Assembly: GCA_040218735.1 (NCBI GenBank) | Contig: JAVJQW010000012.1 | Span: 192,001 to 256,000, forward strand | Direction of reading: 5' to 3' | Length of the DNA stretch: 64,000 nt | Origin: Deltaproteobacteria bacterium | GTDB taxonomy: Bacteria > Myxococcota > Kuafuiibacteriia > Kuafuiibacteriales > Kuafuiibacteriaceae | Shown here: positions 56,949 to 64,000 of the stretch, one piece after another | Position numbering within the stretch: position 1 is the stretch's first letter | Layout: every line of letters starts with the position of its first letter | Made by a program: the position numbers and the translations under genes | Notes under the pieces: model-generated | What the model was told of the DNA's origin: nothing | Database searches by the model: none | What the model saw: only the letters and a program-made list of their open reading frames with translations

Positions 56949-56958
56949 CCCTTCGGAC

Positions 56959-58059
<1,101 letters not shown>

Positions 58060-58170
58060 AACGCGCGCGTAGGACGACGTCACGAACGACGGGTCAGGCG
58101 AACGACGCACGGACGAAGGCCCCCGGCCGATTGTCGAAGTGAAAGACAACCGGCTACTTCGTACGACAGC

Positions 58171-59124
58171 GTGCAGCTTCTACTGAAGAACCTGGCGCTC
58201 CTCGGCGCCGCGGCCCTGATCCTCTGGTCGATGACCCACTGCGCCCCCGCGCCGGAAGCTCCGCACGTGGATCGGTGCCTGGAGGGCACCACCGCCACCC
58301 CCGACGGCTGCCGCGCGGTCCCCAACTGGAACCCGTGGACGGTCGATGCCTCCGTGCCCCCGCCTCCGCGCGACGGGGGCCCACCGCCGCCCCCGCGCGA
58401 CGGCGGACCGCGCGACGCGGGGCCGCCGCGCGACGGCGGTATCCCCGAGGAACCGCTCGAAGGCCTCTCGGGGACGTGGGCGCTGGAGATCGTGAACGCG
58501 CAGATCGTGACCAACGAGTACGTGGGGACGCAGACGGTACTGTCGACGAGCATCGCGATCGTCGACGTTCGCCAGACCGACGAAGTGGTGGAGCTGGCGA
58601 CGCGCCTGTGCTCGGTCGTGTCGGAACCGTACGGCGAGACGACGACGTCGTTCGACCTCGGCTACGTCCAGAGCGTCCCGGTCGTCATCACGACCGCGTA
58701 CCTCGACGCGAGCTCGGAGACGTTCGAACCGTCGGAGCGGCGCTTCCTGATCGGTTGGGCGGCGGACGCGGACCCGATCGCCGAGCCCATCCCCGACACC
58801 GATGAAGACCCGCGTGTCTTCGACGTCGACGGCGACGGCGAGCCCGGCGTCACGATTCACGTGAGCGGCTCGCTCAACGGTGACCTCCACGTCGCGCAGC
58901 GCACGACGATCGAGCTGTACGGCGTCATCGAGTCCGACGAACGCATCGCCGGCACCAGCCGAACGACGATCGAGCGCGAGATCCTCGGCAGCACCAACCC
59001 GCTGCTGCGCGCGGGTGACACGACCCAACGCCCGCACCCGAACCTCGACCGAAGCCCGTTCGAGATGTTGCGCATGCCGTTCGGCGCGAGCTGCGACGAA
59101 GTCGCGATGGCGCTCGCGGACTAG
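58171..59124 (+). CDS. Hypothetical lipoprotein with PRDGG linker
   Basis: Signal peptide with Cys; PRDGG/PRDAG repeats; DVDGDGEPG Ca-loop-like motif. Confidence 0.7.
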   Translation: MQLLLKNLALLGAAALILWSMTHCAPAPEAPHVDRCLEGTTATPDGCRAVPNWNPWTVDASVPPPPRDGGPPPPPRDGGPRDAGPPRDGGIPEEPLEGLSGTWALEIVNAQIVTNEYVGTQTVLSTSIAIVDVRQTDEVVELATRLCSVVSEPYGETTTSFDLGYVQSVPVVITTAYLDASSETFEPSERRFLIGWAADADPIAEPIPDTDEDPRVFDVDGDGEPGVTIHVSGSLNGDLHVAQRTTIELYGVIESDERIAGTSRTTIEREILGSTNPLLRAGDTTQRPHPNLDRSPFEMLRMPFGASCDEVAMALAD

Positions 59125-59142
59125 TCGCCCTCACCAGCCGCG

Positions 59143-60621
59143 CTAGAAATCGAAGCCTCGTTCACCCGCCAGGTACTTCTTCATCCGCAGCTTCTTCTGC
59201 GTGCTGTCGCTCGTCATGTAGCGCAGCTTCCCGAAGATCGGACGCTCGGGCCCCCACGGCCGATCGTAGCGGCCGAGGACCCAGAAGATTCCGCCGTAGG
59301 AGTTCGGGTCGCGACCATCCAACGCGTACTTGTTGTTGAGGTGCACCATGATCTCCAGCGCGCGCTCCGGGGTGGGGGACCACGCGTAGATTTTTTTCCC
59401 CCAGAGCATTCGCAGGTAGTTGTGCATCCTCCCGTCGCGCACGAGCTCGCGCTGCGCAGCGTTCCAGATCGGGTCGTCGGTCTCGGCGTTCTCCAGCGCT
59501 TCGAGACCGTAGACGTCCCGCGCGTCTTCGCGGTGATCGTCCATCGTCGCGCGCGCCCAATCCGGCAGGCTCTCGAAGTCGCGGTAGCCCGCCACGCGGT
59601 GCGCGGTGTGGTGCGTCAGCTCGCGCCACGTGATCAGCTCGTCGATGAACGCCTCGGCGCCTTCGCTCAACCCCCAGAAGCCGGTGCGCGAGGCGTTGGC
59701 CTTGCCGAGCTGGTCGGGGCTCCACTTCGCGCCCTCGACGATGTCCCCGAAGATCTCGTGGATGCCGATGTGCCCGAAGTGCAGGTACGGCGATAGGCGG
59801 CTCGCGCGGTCGTCGTCCGGGTGATTACGTCCCTCGGCGTAGGCTTCCAAGTCACGCTCGAAGAACTCACGCCACCGTCTCCGCGCAGCGTCCTGGCCGC
59901 CCTCGATCGGCACCACACCAACGTCGTGATCGATCGGCAACTCATCGAGGCGATCACCAGCGAGCATCGCGTCGTCGGCGCTCGGCCACTTCGAAGTCAC
60001 CTCGTCCGAGATCTCGGCGCCCCCTTCAACCTTCGCGCGGGTGGGTTGCGCCATGGGTCGGTGCATTACGAACGCACCCACGTTCTTCTGAATGTAGCGT
60101 CTGAAATCCACCGCACGACCGAAGGTCCGCTGCGCCGCGCGAAAGGGAACGAGCCCGCACGCATCGACGACCTCGAACCGCACGCCGGCCTTCTTCAGCT
60201 GCTTCGCCGCCGCCGGGAGCATGTGCGGGTGAAAGAACCCCGGCCAGTCGTCACCGATCACCGCGGCGGCGTCCTTCGCCATCGCCCGGAGCATCCCGGC
60301 GCCGGCCCCCGGTTTGGGCTCGACGTACGGGTAGTAGAGGATCGGACCGCCCGCGAACGACGCCTGATTCGCGCGCATCCCGTCGAGGACGAACTTGTGG
60401 TGGCGGTCACTCGCCCATTCGTAGCCGGCCCGCAGCCCCTCCATCACCACGATCGGGAGGCCGGTGTCCTTCGCGAGCTCGATGGCGCGATCGAGCGCGT
60501 CGTTGTGGCGCGTGCGCCGGTAGGCGGTCATCCAATACAGGATGTAACGGCCGCGGCTGGTGAGCGGTTCGTCGACGAGGACGCGGAGGCGATCGGCGGG
60601 CACGGTCACGACGTTGTTCAC
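59143..60621 (-). CDS. phr: Deoxyribodipyrimidine photolyase (class II-like)
   Basis: ILYWM, SRLSPYLHFGHI, RMHNYLRMLWGKKI, YALDGRDPNSY. Confidence 0.88.
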   Translation of the reverse strand: MNNVVTVPADRLRVLVDEPLTSRGRYILYWMTAYRRTRHNDALDRAIELAKDTGLPIVVMEGLRAGYEWASDRHHKFVLDGMRANQASFAGGPILYYPYVEPKPGAGAGMLRAMAKDAAAVIGDDWPGFFHPHMLPAAAKQLKKAGVRFEVVDACGLVPFRAAQRTFGRAVDFRRYIQKNVGAFVMHRPMAQPTRAKVEGGAEISDEVTSKWPSADDAMLAGDRLDELPIDHDVGVVPIEGGQDAARRRWREFFERDLEAYAEGRNHPDDDRASRLSPYLHFGHIGIHEIFGDIVEGAKWSPDQLGKANASRTGFWGLSEGAEAFIDELITWRELTHHTAHRVAGYRDFESLPDWARATMDDHREDARDVYGLEALENAETDDPIWNAAQRELVRDGRMHNYLRMLWGKKIYAWSPTPERALEIMVHLNNKYALDGRDPNSYGGIFWVLGRYDRPWGPERPIFGKLRYMTSDSTQKKLRMKKYLAGERGFDF

Positions 60622-60718
60622 CCACGGACGACCGCCGGGGTCGAGCCTCGATTTGATCGTCGTTCACGACGCACCGCGCCTTGTGCGCGACGAGAATCGT
60701 GGGTAACGACGGCAGACC

Positions 60719-62026
60719 ATGACGTTGATCGAAGCCCTCGCGGCCGAAGGCCTCACGGAGCTCGTGCTCTTGCGCCGCGGCGACGACTTCATCGCGACCG
60801 CGCGCCGCACCTTCGACGACGGACTCGATTTCGCCCGATTCAACCGCGACTTCGACACGGACACGATCGACCTCGCGACCCCTCGCGTCCTGCAGGACGG
60901 TGAGGTCCGAGCGATCGACGCGCTCGGCCCGACGCTCCAACACCTCGAAAACAGCCTGCACGCGGGCCGTCACCAGATGGTGGTGGTCAAGGTTCACGCG
61001 GGACTCGGCATCACCACAGCGCTCTTCGTCCACTCCTCCAAACTCGGCCGAAACAACGGCCTGCATGCGCTTCGCGCGGGTGGGTTCAGGCGCCACGAGC
61101 TCACCGAGGACGAGCTCGACGTACTCACCGATGGCGCCAACCTATCGCGCGCGATGTCCTACAAGAACGCAGCCGCCGACCTCCCGATGGGGGGATGCAA
61201 GATGACCGTGCACGCCGAACCCATCGCGCTCGACGACACGCAGCGCCTGGGTTTCCTCGCCTACACGATCGAGTCGGGCCGCTTCCTCACCGGACCGGAC
61301 ATGGGTTTCCTCCCCGACCACGCCGACGCGATGCGCGCGAAGTACACCCGCCACGTCACCGGTGGCGCCCGCGGCGTGCTGGGGCCGACCGGCACGCCCA
61401 CCGCGCTCGGGACGTTCCTCGCGATGAAGGAGGCGGCGGCCATCCACCTCGGCTCGGAAGATCTCACGGGCAAGGTCGTCGCGATCCAAGGTCTCGGCGC
61501 GGTCGGCTTCCCGCTCGCAAGGCATCTTGCAGAGGCGGGCGCGCGTCTCGTCGTCGCGGACCCGAGCGAGGCCGCGCTCATCCGCGCCCACGAAGAGTTC
61601 GGAGCGCTGGACGTCGTGGCGACCGACGCGATCCTCCAGACGAAGTGCGACGTCCTCGCGCCGTGCGCCTTCGGCGGCGTGCTCACCCCCGATACGATCG
61701 AGCAGCTCGACTGCGAGATGATCTACGGCTCCGCCAACAACCAGCTCGCCGCGACATCCAAGGAGCGTGAGCTCGAGCTCGCCGAGATGGTCGCGAAGCG
61801 CGGCATCCTGTTCCAGGTCGACTGGACGCACAACACGGCGGGCGTGATGTCGGGCTTCGAAGAGTACGTGCGCGGCCACGAGGCGCGCGCTTCTCACCTC
61901 CAGCCGCGCCTGGAGCGTGTGTGCCGTGACGGGACGCGCCGCATCCTCGAACGCGCGCGCGCCGAGGGGCGTACGCCGACCGCCGTCGCGTACGACGAAG
62001 TCGAAGCGCGCATCTACGACGACTGA
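60719..62026 (+). CDS. Glu/Leu/Phe/Val dehydrogenase family protein
   Basis: LSRAMSYKNAAADLPMGGCK, GPDMG, IQGLGAVG, APCAFGG, GSANNQL. Confidence 0.88.
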   Translation: MTLIEALAAEGLTELVLLRRGDDFIATARRTFDDGLDFARFNRDFDTDTIDLATPRVLQDGEVRAIDALGPTLQHLENSLHAGRHQMVVVKVHAGLGITTALFVHSSKLGRNNGLHALRAGGFRRHELTEDELDVLTDGANLSRAMSYKNAAADLPMGGCKMTVHAEPIALDDTQRLGFLAYTIESGRFLTGPDMGFLPDHADAMRAKYTRHVTGGARGVLGPTGTPTALGTFLAMKEAAAIHLGSEDLTGKVVAIQGLGAVGFPLARHLAEAGARLVVADPSEAALIRAHEEFGALDVVATDAILQTKCDVLAPCAFGGVLTPDTIEQLDCEMIYGSANNQLAATSKERELELAEMVAKRGILFQVDWTHNTAGVMSGFEEYVRGHEARASHLQPRLERVCRDGTRRILERARAEGRTPTAVAYDEVEARIYDD

Positions 62027-62889
62027 CGGCTCCGCACCACGAGCAGCAGCCCCACCACGATCAACACGAACCCGGCGAGCTGGTGCAGCCCGAGCGCTTC
62101 GCCGAGGAAGATCCGGGCGAACGTGGCGGCGAACATCGGCTGCATCGTGATGTACGTGGAGACGAGCGTCGGTGAAGAACGCCGAATCGCCCAGGTCACC
62201 AACGCGTAGTTGAGCGTCGTGGGGACGATCAGGATGTACGCGATACCGGCGTACGACAGCGGCGCGTAGCTCGTGAGATCCGTGGCGACGAGCGTGGGGC
62301 CCGCGACGACCAACACGCCGAGCCCGCCGAAGACATACGCCCACGCGGTGAGCGTCAGCGGCGGGACACGTTCGAGGACGGGTCGCTGCAGCACGACGAA
62401 CAGCGCGTAGCTCAGGCAGTTCAGCAGGACGAGGAGGTTGCCGACGGCGGTGTCGGAGTCGAGCTCGAACTGCGTCGGATCGACGAGCACGATGGCGCCG
62501 AGCGTCGCGCTCACGATGCCGAGCCCGCGCAGCCACGACAGGCGCTCGACGCGGAAGAGGATCGCGAGCGCCGCGGAGAACGCGGGGATCGCGGGCATGA
62601 GGATCGCGGCGTTCGTCGCGGTGGTGCGTTCGAGCCCGTGGATGAACAACAGCTGGTTCAGACACACACCGAACAGCCCGAGGTAACTCAGGTGCAAGAG
62701 GTCGCGCCACGCCGGTCGGTGGCGCTCGACGAACCACGCCGCGGCGAAGAGGATCGGCGCGGCGAACGACACCCGCAGCGCCGCGAGCACCATCGGATCG
62801 ACCTCGTGCAGGATGTGTTTTCCGAAGACGTGGAACGCCGCGAACGACGCCTGCACGAAGACGAGTACGGCGTGAACGGAGCGACGCAT
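62014..62889 (-). CDS. DMT/EamA family transporter
   Basis: About 10 hydrophobic segments; GLERTTATNAAIL, QPMFAA..FLGE. Confidence 0.88.
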   Translation of the reverse strand: MRRSVHAVLVFVQASFAAFHVFGKHILHEVDPMVLAALRVSFAAPILFAAAWFVERHRPAWRDLLHLSYLGLFGVCLNQLLFIHGLERTTATNAAILMPAIPAFSAALAILFRVERLSWLRGLGIVSATLGAIVLVDPTQFELDSDTAVGNLLVLLNCLSYALFVVLQRPVLERVPPLTLTAWAYVFGGLGVLVVAGPTLVATDLTSYAPLSYAGIAYILIVPTTLNYALVTWAIRRSSPTLVSTYITMQPMFAATFARIFLGEALGLHQLAGFVLIVVGLLLVVRSRQSS

Positions 62890-62965
62890 CGGTCACGTTG
62901 GCGCATGCCACGGCGCGCGCCCGATGGTCGACCTCGCCCGGCCGACACGTGTAGGGTCGCGCCGA

Positions 62966-64000
62966 ATGCGAATCGCCGTCACCGGAGGCGCCGGGCAGCT
63001 CGGGACCCTCGTCCTCGAGCGTTTGATCGAACGCGACGACGTGGAGTCGATCGTGTGCCTCGATCTGACGCCACCTTCCGTGGTCGCCGACCACCTCACG
63101 TTCGTCCAGGCCGACGTCCGCGACGAAGACTTTGGTCGTCACCTCGAAGGGATCGACGGGCTGTTCCACTTCGCGTTCATCGTCACGCAACGCGTCGAGC
63201 CCGGCGTGTTCGACGCCGTGAACGTCGAAGGCAGCAAGAACGTCTTCATCGCGGGCGCGAAGGCCGGCGTGAAGCGCTTCGTGTACGCGTCGTCGATCGC
63301 GCAGTACGGCATCGTGCCCGGACACCCCGAGCCGATCGTCGAGGACACACCCCGCCGACTGCAGAGCGACTTCCCGTACTCGGCGGCGAAGTACCGCGTG
63401 GAGATGTTCCTCGACGACTTCGTGGGCGAGCACCCCGAGCTGAAGGTCGGGCGCCTGCGCCCCGCGATCCTCCTCGGCACCCACATGCAGAACCCGGGCG
63501 CCAAGCTGTTGGGCCGGATGCTCGATCGCGGGTGGATGATCGACAGCGGCACCGGCGTCCCGATGCCGCTGGTCTGGGACGAGGACGTCGCCGACGCCGC
63601 CGTCACGATCCTCTTCGACGGGCACCACGGCCCGTTCAACCTCGGCGCCGACGAACCGCGGACGCCCTCCGAGATCGCCGACGCCTGCGGGCTGTCGCCG
63701 GTGGAGCCGCCCGCGCTCCTCATGAAGGCGATGGACGTCGTCGGCCCGGCGCTGGAGCGACTGGGGATCGGCGAGGCGGTGGACCCTTCGTGGAAGCGCG
63801 AGTCGAGCGCCCGCGTGGTGATGTCGAGCGCGAAGGCCGTCGAGACCCTCGGTTGGGATCGGCGCTGTCCCACGACGGTGAGCGTAGTGCAGCGTTACCT
63901 CGACGAAGCGCACGGAAGGACCAACCCGCGCGTCGAGGCGTTCCTCCGGCTCGCCGCCGTCGGAAGGGTCGGCGGCGCCGACCTCGGGCCCGTGCACCTG
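62966..64000 (+). CDS. NAD-dependent epimerase/dehydratase (runs off window; absent from ORF track)
   Basis: MRIAVTGGAGQLG, NVEGSKNV, YASSIAQYG, YSAAK. Confidence 0.85.
   Translation, partial: MRIAVTGGAGQLGTLVLERLIERDDVESIVCLDLTPPSVVADHLTFVQADVRDEDFGRHLEGIDGLFHFAFIVTQRVEPGVFDAVNVEGSKNVFIAGAKAGVKRFVYASSIAQYGIVPGHPEPIVEDTPRRLQSDFPYSAAKYRVEMFLDDFVGEHPELKVGRLRPAILLGTHMQNPGAKLLGRMLDRGWMIDSGTGVPMPLVWDEDVADAAVTILFDGHHGPFNLGADEPRTPSEIADACGLSPVEPPALLMKAMDVVGPALERLGIGEAVDPSWKRESSARVVMSSAKAVETLGWDRRCPTTVSVVQRYLDEAHGRTNPRVEAFLRLAAVGRVGGADLGPVHL

Noticed and set aside
61142-63997. 951-aa minus-strand ORF
   Set aside because: Shadow across the dehydrogenase, EamA and epimerase genes

Overview
High-GC bacterial chromosomal segment, most consistent with Myxococcota (inference from the Ser/Thr kinase + TPR-PEGA pair, FHA-AAA+-Fis regulator, Cys-rich lipoproteins and RRM protein). 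About 55 CDS, mostly housekeeping or metabolic: spoVR, sbcDC, guaB1, biotin carboxylase, lptD, accD-folC, a CHASE2 adenylate cyclase, photolyase. No rRNA, tRNA, CRISPR array, prophage or transposase is evident. Best candidates for undescribed biology: (1) two diverged ~100-aa tandem paralogues with a repeated sigma28-like promoter motif and their own terminators, converging on a Cys-rich lipoprotein carrying a flagellar-hook FlgE-like insert (18.1-20.4 kb); (2) a multi-ligase peptide synthesis/tagging cluster of ATP-grasp, C39-like peptidase, RLAN-RimK and GCS2 ligase with a divergent GNAT-nitrilase (22.8-29.0 kb); (3) a stand-alone RbfA paralogue behind a structured leader with a 19-aa uORF (54.7-55.3 kb); (4) a zinc-finger ParA with an RHH-like partner; (5) a BlaI repressor with tandem operators and an M56-SLT-M23 fusion. 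Product calls come from motif recognition by eye with no database searches; several starts were re-assigned from the ORF track.
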